Position numbers and translations under genes: made by a program. A DNA stretch of 64,000 bases from positions 19,592,001 to 19,656,000 of the forward strand of contig OZ260667.1 of the NCBI GenBank assembly GCA_965285935.1, in the 5' to 3' direction. Positions 11,335 through 27,080 of the stretch are shown in pieces. The DNA is from Ophelia neglecta (Eukaryota). The first letter of the stretch is position 1, and each line of letters starts with the position of its first letter. Below the pieces are notes generated by a model, which worked only from the letters and a program-made list of their open reading frames with translations, was not told the DNA's origin and searched no databases.

Positions 11335-13199
11335 ATGAAAGCTCAAAATAACCCAGTGAAACAATAATGAATACAAGAATTTATATAAACGAGTGTGGTA
11401 AACAAGAATGTGAATTTGAACGAAATTTTTTTAAGTACAATTTTTTCAGCAAAGTGCTGAAAGAAGCACTTTTGTGTCTCACTTTAAGGAATTTGTTTAT
11501 GTTATGCTACATGAAACTTATTAAAAATAGCTAATACCTAGGATAGATTATATAATTTATTTATAAGATATATAATTACATAAAACAACAAAAACAAGCT
11601 AACTCAAATTATTGAATAATTTCATTGGTGCTTTCAGATTCATGACATTTAGAAATGATCTAGATATTTGTTAATGCAAATGTTAGGCTAATAACAGTGA
11701 ATTGAATAAAGCGCTGGGAAATAGTGAACCGTGAACAGTTATTTTGTGCTTAGATCTATACTTGCTACATGGTTTGCCATTCAACGGACTTCACGTAGAA
11801 AACCGGCAACGGAGAAAAATGGATTTCAACCAGATCATCGGAGAATCCGCTGTTTGTCAATTAGCGGTTTTTTGCGGAGATAAATATCATTCCATTTGAA
11901 AGCAAGCTTAATGGCGAAAGAGCGAATGAATAGGATCTAGCAGTGACATTTAAGAAATGTTGTTATTATTACTCAGCCTTTTTTGTTACTCAGATCGCCT
12001 GACACACCTTCATTCATGCATAAAACTCCCTGAATAAAGTCAGATAAAGTGTGCTATTGCGTCATTATTATCTTTATGGTATTCTCCAACTATAAGTGTT
12101 CAACAGATATGGGGCCAACTGCATAAATATTGTTAAATGCAATCTTACCAAAAAGAGTGGATTTCATGTATGCCATTTATGGATCTCATAGATATCATAG
12201 ACAACCAAATGTTAAAAAGGCGTCAAAGATTAATAAAGCACACTAACGTTATTGAGAGACCGAAACAAAACTTAAATAATTTAGATAAAATGGTATTTTT
12301 CTGAATTAACCTCCTGTGTTCATTCAAAGGGAATTATTGTTAAATTCTCCACTTAAATCGTGTGAAAAAAAATATCTGAAAGCTTTTGAATTAATATATT
12401 TGTATAACGAAGTGCAGTTTTAAAAGGATCAATCTGGGAACAGCCCATGGTTCCGGTCTTCATAGGCAATGGCTTTAAATGAATAATTGTGTACAGTTTG
12501 TATCGTCGACCATCTAGACCCACTAAGAACCAGATAATACATGTTCAAGTGTAACGTGTACGTTATGCAGCATGCTATCTGGTGCAAGTGCGCACGCATC
12601 TCCTTTTAAAGCTGTAGTTGGCAGCTGACGATCTCTTATAACGTAAAATGGACATGTTTAAATGGAAAACCTGTCATTAATGGAATATTATAACTGCTGA
12701 TAAACCCATAATACATTCTATAAAAAGGGTCGACCTATACCATACAGGTTCAGCTATCCTGTATATACGGGCACTATAAATATCCCCCAAAGTGGGGAAT
12801 TTTATCCAATGACATTTGGTTATTCAAAATAAGAAACAATTGTGAAATTTAATAAGCTTAAGTTAGGGTTCATAATGGAAATATTGACCAATCCATGCAT
12901 CATGTGATATCATATAACCTTAAATACATAGCACACGCCATCTATTGCTAGGCGTCAAAATACACTGCAGTCGGGGCAACTATTTATCAAATTCATCTAA
13001 ACGAACAGTTTTCCATTTTCTCATAACGATATCACTTTTGTGGGAACATAACGAACTAATATATAAGGGTAAGGAGCACAGATTCTAAAATTGTATTATA
13101 AAATGCTTAGGGTACAAAATACTTCATTCTCTATCTACATGTATGTTAGGGCAGTGCTCAAGATATATGGTTTAAGGAGCACGTCTGACAAACAACTGT

Positions 13200-13223
13200 G
13201 GGGTTTTCCCACTTTTCCGGAAA
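13200..13223 (+). promoter_or_regulatory. Candidate kB site plus STAT-like site upstream of TNF copy 4
   Basis: GGGGTTTTCC(C) at 13200-13210 fits GGGRNYYYCC and is followed by TTTCCGGAAA, about 400 bp before the ATG. Confidence 0.4.
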
Positions 13224-13612
13224 TCAAAAACACAAGTTAAGATATAGATTCAAGAGCTTTTCGAAAAACTGTCTGGTACAAAATCCGTATTCAAATTATT
13301 TGAACGACTTTTAGAAAAGGAAAAACATTAGAAATGGTGTAAATAACCCTGAGTTATTTTTTTCTTGAGCATAATATCAAGGGTACGTGTTTAATATTCA
13401 TCACCGGTTATGTGGGTAACAGATACATGCGAAATTACACTATAAGTTAGTTGCAACGGTGTATTCTTGGTCATATCTAACTTTAAAGTGTGCCTTCCTC
13501 TCGACGGCGGCCTATTGAAGTAAACATTGTGTCTGAATGCCTTAATGTTAAAAGCCAACACACGATCATATGGAGATAAACGTTTGATGGTGTGCCGCTA
13601 GAGACGAGTAGC

Positions 13613-15177
13613 ATGTCACCAACAAGTTCTCGCTCTGTGATCATACTCGTGATATTAGCTTTCGTGGTGTCGCTGGTTTCACTTCTCTTGGCGTCGTACA
13701 ACTTCTATCAGCACATATTTAGCCATAATGGAACACGGGAATTTATGGATGCTGCGACATGTACGTTTTCTTTCTGTCTGTTTTGTTATTCTGTTTTCTC
13801 GTATACTTTGAACTACGTATATTGCAAACAATAAAGACTGTAACAGAGCTGATTTCATGACTATTGGTGTGATTAAGACTGCAGTCTATGACATTCTTCT
13901 TTAAGGTAAAATCACAGATCTCAAAGACTTGAATATAAAATATGGCCAAAAGTATAAGATGAGTGTGATATCTATTTATTTGCTATTTTTCAACTTCAAA
14001 TAAGCTTTGTAAAAGACAAATATATGTTCTTATTTGCGAACCATTTGGCAGATATAAGTGCAGCTAGCAGCTTACTTCGCTGCTCCCGAGCAGAGTACAT
14101 GCGATGATGCAATTTAATTGGGTCAGAACAAGGGTGTGCACCTCAATATGGTCCATATGAGGATTTCTATGAGATGATCGGAAGGCAGCAAGCAAGAAGT
14201 TTATATGCTAATCTGTTTTAGTGAGGTTATTTTGAAAGAGGCATCTGAACAGATATTCAACAGAACACATAAGTCCCGTAAATACACGACATCCGTATGG
14301 TTACTCGACCAGTCTTTAGGATTTATAAAGCCGAATCCAAATAATGGCTAAACCGGTAGTTTTCTTTAAATGTAACTCAAAGATAATCTGTATGTGCCAT
14401 TAGGTCACCCATTGCAGGCCTAAACTATGAAGTAGATATATTTGCAATCAATGTCAAGCTGCATGAAAAAAGCCAAACGCTGCATCGAAGTAGTTTCTCG
14501 AATTATCATATAAATTGTGAGCTATAGATTATATGAAGAGAAGAATCGATAAATGGTTTGGCACCATGGTATTATTATTATTATTTGGTTTTTATTTTTA
14601 TTTTTTTTTATATTGTTTGTAAATGCTTTCAGATATTGGGTCTAACAGTTATCCGAAAGGGGGCAATCTTTCCAGACTGGCAGCCGCACATCAACCACTA
14701 AGAGCCACAAATCTGCCTGGCAGCCACAGACCTGGTCCAACATCGACACGTCCATTTCCCGTGGAGAACGTTTTACAATTTTACGATGACCTAAGAGGGG
14801 TGTCAATCGAGCAAAATACAAACATTAATTCGTACAGTATGGTCATCAAGAATCCTGGTTTGTATTTCGTCTACAGCCAAGCCAGTTTTATTATGTACAA
14901 TGACGTTGGTACTTTCCATCATGAACAGTCACGTTTTGCCGTCTACATTTACAGATACAACAAAATATACCCCGGAGTAGGGACAGAGTTGTTGTTTAGC
15001 AGTTCTAATACACCAACAAGAAACAATAAAACCGCATTCGAAGAGCATACCTGTTTTGTGGCAGGATTAGTTCGAGTCCTCTTAAACGATGAACTATTTG
15101 TTAAAGTTTCGAACGACAAAGATATTAGTAGAACACCTGGATCGACATATTTTGGATTGTTTCAGACTGGAGTGTAA
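13613..15177 (+). CDS. TNF superfamily ligand, copy 4 (~230 aa, at least 2 coding exons)
   Basis: Exon 13613-13760 (TM VIILVILAFVVSLVSLLLASY, donor GTACGT, phase 1) joins in frame to 14633-15177 (acceptor CTTTCAG after a long T tract; AAAH..IKNPGLYFVYSQASF..YIYRYNKIYP..FVAGLVRVLLNDELFVKVS..TYFGLFQ). A small middle exon cannot be excluded. Confidence 0.88.
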
Positions 15178-17425
15178 ATTCTAGATTTGAAAAATCACTC
15201 TCACAGAAACATGCTACCAATTTAAAATTGTTTTAAAAAACAATTAAGGGAAATACTTTCAAGGACATACTGGTAGAAAGCGTTGCATTAACCTATAGGG
15301 TGCCCGAATCTAACTAAACAAAATAATCAAGGGTTAACCGGAACAATCTGATCATCCGATTGACTGCTTTGGCGTTTTATATGAAATTGATTAATCAATC
15401 AATTGCAGCATTGTGCTATAGTGATCAATCGCAATTGAGCACATAAAATAGGAGTGAAACCGCGGAGCCTACCCAAATAGCTAAATAAAGTGACTAAAGG
15501 GCTCTCCAGGGGAGCAGGCAGTCAGGGTTCCCTCCATTTTCCAAACTGTGATATTCCATTACTAACTGTTTTATCCTCTTCGTTGATGTCTAGCTATGAC
15601 ACCAACTCAGTTTATCATTGCCTGCTATTTGCTTAACCTTGCATCCATGCGCATGCCTCTTATTTGCTAGTATTGGTTTGTTCATGGCAACCCGTATTGG
15701 GGTATTTAAACAATTAACACTTATAAGAACTTAATTAACTCAACAACAATCAGTATTCTGAAAATCATTTGTGTTCAATACTGGAATAAATATCGATGTC
15801 ATATCACATTCATTTGTGTTATTACTATAATGTCATGAGGATTATCCTGCAAAAATTTACATAGTATAGTCTAAGCACAGTTCAAAAATGATTATAGAAG
15901 GTACTTCCTATGAACGTTGATTGTAGTTTATAACAAAAAGGACGGGGTCATTTTAACGTTGGATTTCCTTAAAAAGTAGGCCTATCACTTAATAAATAGT
16001 AACTGCCCAGTATCGCAATATGGAATATACAGATGCACTGCTATGTTCACAACCATCAGCCTACCACATCTAAGAAGTTTAAACAATTCAATTGTTTCCT
16101 ATTATGGTGGAAACGATTCCCACTGAATTATTGTGTATTTTTTGTAGCATAAAATGCTGTTGCTTCTGCTACCAAACATTCACATCGTTTGTTGCACCTA
16201 AACAGAGTCACCAAATCATATTATTTACTTACGAGGATATTTAAAGACAATCTAGGGCAAAGTATAAAACTTGTCAACAGTCAAATCTACAGCAGGAAAG
16301 GGTTTAAAGTACTAAATAAGTTGCAGATATTTTTTATCCGTTATTGGGAACACCTTATCTTCAAAACAGGCAAAATGTGAGGATGAGGCCCAGTTATATT
16401 TTATTTGTCATTTGGGAATTTGCACTGAGGTTTAAGTTACTTGTTCTACGCCATTACTTATAATGTTTAATGCTCACATTATCACACCATGCCGCAGGCG
16501 AATATGAACCCTCCAGCATCACTTGTTATCTTACATTGTCGGCATTTTTCGCACAACTTGTTGATATATGTAGATCTTCTTACTTGAAACTATGCCTAAG
16601 TCGAGATAAATACCATAAGGTTTATGTGTTTGGCGTTACGTTTACAACTATGTCACCTAATTCTGCAAATATTAAAAGTGTTATTGTCAAAGCCTGGAGT
16701 GGATAACCGGTAGACAAAGTAAAAGCATTAATTAATAATATTCCACTCAATCGGTTCGAAAAGTTATTTTGAAGGAAAAACTATAACAACTTATATATAT
16801 TAAGCATACTTTTGAAGCGGACAAATATTTTGAGCTACATGATTATACATTCGCAAAATTGCATTTGTCAAACGTAAACCTAGCTATTATGGTCCCGAAA
16901 TAGAATCCCCCAGCATTCCACAGGTTTAAACATTGAGAAATACCCCCCCCCCCTCCCCTTCACATAACGTTTATACCGGAAAATAACCAAGAAATATAAG
17001 AAGTAGAGACTCGGAACTGATATAAGTTGCGGGTGCAAAATAGTTCATTCCCCAGTATCTAAGTGGTCTGTGTCTAAGAGAAGGGCAGTGGCTCAAGTAT
17101 CATTCAATACAAACTACTGAAGAGTGGACTTGTCCGGAAATGAAGAATATACGAGTTAAGAAATCGTTGCAAGAAGTTTTCGAAAAACTACATTTTTCTT
17201 GGGAAGATCTAAACGTAATAACCTCTTTGCAATTCGTTTGCATAAAACCAAGTAGTTGACACGATCAATAACGTGAGAAAATGAAACAAATTGGAAATTT
17301 CGAAAACAACTCTAGATAATTCGTTTATTTTTGCTCAAGACATGAGCTGCTAATGATAAAACAGCCATCAGGGCAACACAAAATCATATGAAGATAAACA
17401 TGATTAGCCGCGTGATATTATATTA

Positions 17426-18174
17426 CAGCAGAAACTCGTCACATAAAGAATAGCAAAAATAAATAAAAATCCCAAACTCGGTTTGGATGCAGAAATCACA
17501 AATCAATTTGCAGCTGACGTCACTTCCTATGAGATTGGCGGGTACAGGCTGTGACCTGTACGGGTGACTACCTATATATGGATGCGGGAAATCCCGTGTT
17601 ATTACAACAGCGCTAAATTGAAACAAGGGATCCAATCTGCCGAAGTCGTCATCTTGTCATGATCAAGGTTTTGAGCAGAGATCTCCAGTGGAGAGTGATA
17701 TACCAATTTCACATTCATGGAAATTCTCCTAAATATTTCGCGGAAAATTTATTCATATCGCTCTCCAATGTTTACAAACTGATAGGGCAGTACCAACGCA
17801 CCGGCGATGTTCAGGCTGGGAAATCCGGAGGCAGGCAGCACACACCTGACCAGCGCTTGACCTCTGACGTCACAAAACGCGGTAAGGGTCGAATATGGTA
17901 ATATTGTGTTATGCCAGTACGGGAAATGAAATAACCTAAAGTTGCACACCGCGAGAAATAAAGAAAAACGAAACCTATCATGTATTTCATAGCCAAAGTA
18001 CATACCTTCCCTACTAGTTAGCGTTACAATGTACGCACAACGAGAGTACTGGGGAAGCCACTTCCAATCTCATAGGAAGTGACGTCAGCTGCAAATTGAT
18101 TTGTGATTTCTGCATCCAAACCGGTTTGGGGATTTTTTTTTTTTTGCTTTTCTTTATGTGACGAGTTTCTGCTG
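17426..18174 (+). mobile_element. Non-autonomous (internally deleted) Tc1/mariner-IS630 superfamily DNA transposon
   Basis: ~112-bp near-perfect TIRs (17426-17538 and 18064-18174, CAGCAGAAACTCGTCACATAAAG...) with TA on both sides (17424-5, 18175-6). Internal ORF 17659-17901 (LSRDLQWRVIY...LFISLSNVYKLIGQYQRTGDVQAGKSGGR) resembles an N-terminal transposase HTH. No DDE domain is present. Confidence 0.88.
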
Positions 18175-19869
18175 TAATGTTTCTTGATAACATTTATTCA
18201 ATCGCAGTTGAATACGGTTTGTGAGATTGATCAGATTAGGATTCTAATAGGTACATGATAAGGGATCATTTATCCATTTAGTTGATTAATTGAAAGTAAT
18301 GCCTTGGCGTTTTGTACGAATTAAATATAAATTGCGGCATTTCTGGGTTTAAATTGATCCACGGGTGAGCACATCAAATGGTGGTAAAAACCGTGGAGCA
18401 TAATTATTAATTGGCAATAGTGGTTTGTCCGTATAAACCCTTATAAGGGTATAAAACAGTTTACCATAAATAGTATTTATTTAAAACAACGGTCATGATT
18501 TCTGAAAATCACTTCGATACGTGAAAACCTTCTTTTCCGAATTCACTTCTGTAGATATCGTATCATCTTGAACTGTTTTGTCAATATTATTACTCCACGA
18601 GGGTTATTCTGCACACTTTCGGGTTTAAGAACACTTCAACTTTGACATGATGTACCTTTAATGCTATACACAACTCAACATGAGAGAGAAGATTCTAGAT
18701 AATACCGAAGTTAAGCGGATAAGCTTGTTGCCTTAAAGTGGGAATCATTTATAAGTGTGCAGATTTCAGCTTAAAATCTGCCAAATATAAGAACGGAGGG
18801 TGCACAGGGCAATATACTGAGTTCACAACCAACTCCCTGTTACATATAGGAAGTTTGCATTAATTACAAAAATAAATCTTTCGCGTTATGAATAATAGTG
18901 ATGGATTTTATCATTGAAATATTGTTTTTGTAATATGCATTTTGCTGCTTACGGTAACACAAATGAAGCTCGCTCATTTATAAGAATGCTTTCACTTAGA
19001 TATACATCAAATACTTTTTTTAACTTGAAGCCGGATCATAAATCTTGCTTACGTCGAAAAGTCAACAAAAATTCAAGTTATAAAAAGTATTAATGCTTTG
19101 TGTAAAAAATATACACAAGATTGCCGCAATCTACACAGTTTGGCCCATACATTAGGTAGGCCCTATTAACCCGAAGGAGATTAATTAAAAATAATCAAAA
19201 GATGAGCATGTTAGTTTCAGATATTGGAAGCAACCTTTCTGCAAGAACAGGCAAAATGAAACACATATAGTTACGATGATCACTATCCAATAACTTTGGG
19301 GTTATTGGCACTGTGAACATGGAAGCAAAATGTAGTATGAAACCCAGCACTGAGCCATTCATAGGTAGTTACAAACAGAGGTATCAATTATCGAGGAGGG
19401 TATGGGACGCCATTGCTTTTTGGTTCCTTAAAATAACTCATAATAATAACATATAATGAAATGGAAAACATCTAAATAAATACTCAGACAATTGACCTTA
19501 TAATATAGGGCGCAAGCAAAGTGCGCGGGCATTAGTGAATAATTCATGTTGTAAATAACATTTTAGTGTTGCTGACATGTTATAGTAGGCTCTCTGATGC
19601 TATTATATGGTAGAAACAAACAGCACAAATAGCTGGGGAGGGGGTGGGAGGGGGATGTTGAATGTGTTCCGCCCGCCATTGGTGTGGACATAGGTCTATT
19701 ATAATCTTTTTACACATCTCTTATACAGTAATAAAGCAAGACATAAACTTAGGTACAATGGCAATTTATTATTTCACATCACAAATTGTCCAACCCCGCT
19801 TTCCCGCACATTTTTTCCTGTTATATTGAGAAAACTGACTACATCGATATAAAGAGTAGTATTCTTATA

Positions 19870-19915
19870 TCTACAAAGCAGTATCCTGAAAGTCTACAGA
19901 GCAGTATCCTGAAAG
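19870..19915. repeat. 23-bp tandem duplication
   Basis: TCTACAAAGCAGTATCCTGAAAG followed by TCTACAGAGCAGTATCCTGAAAG (1 mismatch). Confidence 0.85.
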
Positions 19916-20336
19916 TAGTATTTAACACGATCAAGTAGCGCCTTTTTAACTTGGCAATTTATAATTTAGTTAAGTTGCCCATTTTAAGAATTATTGCCAA
20001 TTTTAACCATTAAGCAAAGTTTTGTAATTTAGAATATCCTTTTCTACGTGATTTTGGTGCAGGTGAAAATTGTCAGAGATTATTAGTAGTATTCATATTT
20101 TATGTTTTGCGACTTTGCAAGGGGATTCCCCCTCCCCAACTCGAATTCCAGATTGTTATTCAATAAAATACAAGAAATACGCCGAATACATGCACAATGG
20201 TGCGTTAAATCTCCTATTCGTATTTATATTTGCCCTGCAGATGACTTTTTAAACCCCCACACATCGGCCATTTCTAATGCATGGGCTATATAGTTATTAA
20301 ATACATGTTTATGTCGTGTATCCACGCTGGCAGTTG

Positions 20337-22465
20337 TTAGGTGTTTTGTGCTGTTTCTGAAACGAAAGTAATATTCACAGTAAAAAATGTGTAAGAACTG
20401 GACAACGGTGCTTCATACCAATGCTTTCGCACCCCACGCACAACCACTCCTACTGGTTCAAATTGAATTGTAATAATAAAACTGTCTTATTATTAAATAT
20501 ATACATTTTCTTCTAGTATTAAACTAATAATAGCCAATGAATAGTTTGATTTTAGGCACGGATATTATAACACAGTTAACCGTGTTTCTTTAACTGTAGA
20601 ATTTGATGTATGTGACGGAGAGGTTCTTACGTTGAGCTTCATTTTTCCCGGGGTATCCAAACCACTGTGGGTAGTGGACTAGAAACATAAAAGACAGAAG
20701 TTATAATTTTTTAACAAACTTCCAGATGTTGTTGTTGTACAGCAATAACAAATAAAAACATATCTCAGTCCATTGTTTCTAAAAACAAAGGTATAGTGTT
20801 ATTAGTTAAAGTCGAGTAATCTCACTCATCGTTTAAATTTGCGTAGAGTACTTTTAAAATCGATGTTGGTCTTCTAGCTGTTGAGGCGACGTGAAGTTCA
20901 ACGAAATAAGTATCATAAAGTCTCAAGTAGAACAATCGAGTCTCAAATTGCGACGATGAACGTTCGAGTATAGAGTATGAAATTTCGAGTATCGAGTATT
21001 TAAGTTCGAGTAACTTTTGTGCTCGACACTTTCGTGAAACTACGTGTGCCTTTCGCGGAAGTCCACGGACATTTACCCGAGAACTACACTTCTCCACAAG
21101 GTCGTTTGGGAGGAATTAAACGAAAGGCCAAATTAATAGTGTTTATTCGCAGAATAAACACTATTTTCTGGGCTCAATAATAATTTTTAGCGTTGTTACA
21201 AGATTCGGGAAATAACCCGGCTTAACCCTATCGGCCTATCTATGTTTAAAAAATTAAGTTAATCGGACTCACAGGAGAGGATTACTGGCAGTGATGTTCC
21301 AAGAACAATGGCAAGAATAACAACCACAAGGATGATGTTACAGATAACCGTTTTCCTCTGAAACAAAAAGCATCGGTATTCAAAGAACGGAACATAAAGT
21401 TAAGGTATTTTAATTGTATTTAATTACATTCATATATCTCAACATAGTCGCATATTAATATAATTTAAGCTGGATTTTCTTGACATACTTATTTTTACAG
21501 TCCATGACGTTTGGTAAACAATTAGAGCTAATTAGAATGCTGTTGGTACAACAGTCACAACCATAGTTGTAGGGTCGACTATGCATATCTGGTATAACTA
21601 AAACAAGCCCTGGACAGAATTACATATTTGCACAACGAGGCGAACATTGCATTATTCACCAGTCTTGCCCCACATATTATACACCTCTTTTAAATATTTA
21701 GGGTGATGTACAAATAGAGCCTTCCTGACATATAAAAATATATTATAATACAAAAAGAAACACCAGGGTCCGTATAGAAATGAACGTTTTGAATGTAAGA
21801 AGACGATATATATATATATATATACATATATTGTACATCCCTTGTACTGGGCTTGTGTGATGTACTTAAATGTACTTCAAGTTGTGTGTTAGTGTCCAAT
21901 ATTGATCGTATAGAACAATATAAAGTGTACCTGTGATAAAGAATTAATTCAGGAATATTAGAAACAATACACAGGAAAAGAAATGCATGGCGTAAAAAAA
22001 AAAAAAAAAAGTTCAATCATCTAGAAAACAACAAATCCTTTTATAGTAATTCAAAGTGTTTATAACATTTACTAAGATTGAACTATCCCAAACTTGCCAG
22101 CAGAATGTACATTTAAGCACACTATATAATCCAGACATTTTAGGTGAATCATTAATATTCGGTCCAACTAGTTAGCTTTGAAACAATCTACCAATATTTG
22201 GCACAGTAGGCCTATATAGGTAAGAGCATTGTTGAAGTTGATTAAAATTTTACCTATTAAATCTTTAGTTTAATTGAATATGGCAACATAGATGTGTAAA
22301 GGTCACAAGTTCAACGCATCAAAGATACATACTGTCTTGGTTAACTTATTCGTGGTATCTTTTCAAGAGTTGGAAATATTCCGACCTTCATCACAAGCAT
22401 AGCCAACAGACAATACAGTATAAACAATATTAAGATAAAATCCAGCAGATACTTACGTCTACCAT
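20337..22465 (-). CDS. Putative 53-aa single-pass membrane microprotein (4 coding exons), family unknown
   Basis: Exons 22465-22457 (CAAAATGGTAGAC|GTAAGT), 21357-21273 (TTTTTGTTTCAG| ... |GTGAGT), 20678-20631 (TTTTATGTTTCTAG| ... |GTAAGA) and 20356-20337 (CTTTCGTTTCAG|). Phases 0/1/1 give MVDRKTVICNIILVVVILAIVLGTSLPVILSFHYPQWFGYPGKNEAQQTAQNT*. Minus-strand AATAAA at 19765-19770. Confidence 0.65.
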
Positions 22466-23732
22466 TTTGATTGTTGGGGCGTTGTTTTAAATGTAAGTTT
22501 AACAGTATATCCTGGTTTTGGCAGTAGAAGTTCGCCCAGCGACACGGAGGTATGCACCTGTACAGGTATGTTTTCACCTGTACTGCCTTAACACATTCAG
22601 AAGCCAGTGAAGGCATACGCCGTGACGAGGGCGGTTTAAGGTCGCAAATTGACACAAGAGAGGGCCATGTATTTACCATCACATACAAACACCCGAAACC
22701 TCGTTACGCAATAAAAATCTTATCATGGTCTGTATGAATGCCAGAATCTGACGCAGCGCTTGGTACAAAGAACACAACGAAAGGGCGGGGGGGGGGGGGG
22801 GTTATCATAATGTTAGTAGTAGTATCCTAATTTGTTAAATCAGTCATTTTTTAATATGGATACATGTAGCTGTACCTACTTTTGCATTTTAGAAATAGTT
22901 CAACACACCTTATAATGGCGTATTGTAGAATTATATTGAAATCGTATTATAATATGGGAGATTTCATATTTACTATAGTACAAGTAAATTTCTAGCTATT
23001 CTATACTGCAAAGGTTGACAAATAATAAAACTAAGTTGGCTAGAGCTTATCTTTTTATTGGTTATATATACACATGTCCTTCGAGCTACTCGGCATGGCG
23101 GTGAGATAATCACATAAGGCTAAGCGCTTTAGAATATCTTATATAAAGAAGGGTTCCAAACATGACTGAAGTAGCTTATAAGCATATCACATAACCAAAC
23201 AAACGTGTCAATCACTTTTCTATACAGGAGCAAGCCTTGAATACGAGCGCACATTAAAAAATTATGTTTATTTTAAATAATATGCGAGCATCATAGAACA
23301 TATTTTTTTCCAATTTGTCTATAATGTATGGAATTAAGGTTAATTTTAAAGCGTTACGGAAAAAACTAATTCAGCTGGAGAAAATTGGTAATTAAGACGG
23401 TGGTTTCTGAAAAAAGTGAAACCTAGGAGTGGACTGAACGAAAATTTACCAAAAAACGAAAATTGTCGATTGAAATGATGGGAAATGTTCATAATCATAT
23501 ACGATTAAGGATTAATTACAAATGGCGACCTTACATTCAGCTCTACACATTGACCAAAGCAGAAAGTAACACAATTTAACACAGATTACTACATTTTTTG
23601 TGTTTAAAGTTCGTGAGTTTTTATTTAATATTATATAATGTAACACTTGGGTATACATGTAAATAATCATATAAAGTTGAGATTGTTTTTATTTCAAACG
23701 AGCGCCCTGAGTTTCACCTGAGAAATTCTGCT

Positions 23733-26939
<3,207 letters not shown>

Positions 26940-26960
26940 GCTGCTAATTTAGTTAGACAT

Positions 26961-27080
26961 GGGGAACCCCCGGAAGTGATGTTATATAGTGGCGGAGGGA
27001 ATTCTGTAAACCGAACTTGTCGTGGTTGGCCTATAGAAGACGCCACTAACAGGACTGTTCACCGCTACCTGAAGGCCTAT
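26961..27080. promoter_or_regulatory. Likely SelO promoter region
   Basis: Locally GC/CpG-richer sequence just upstream of the ATG, with an ETS-type CCGGAAGT and a kB-like GGGGAACCCC at ~26961-26978. Confidence 0.4.

Noticed and set aside
14050-14280. Extra internal exons for TNF copy 4
   Set aside because: The candidate acceptors at ~14051 and ~14221 hit stop codons in the required phase, whereas direct splicing from 13760 to 14633 is in frame.
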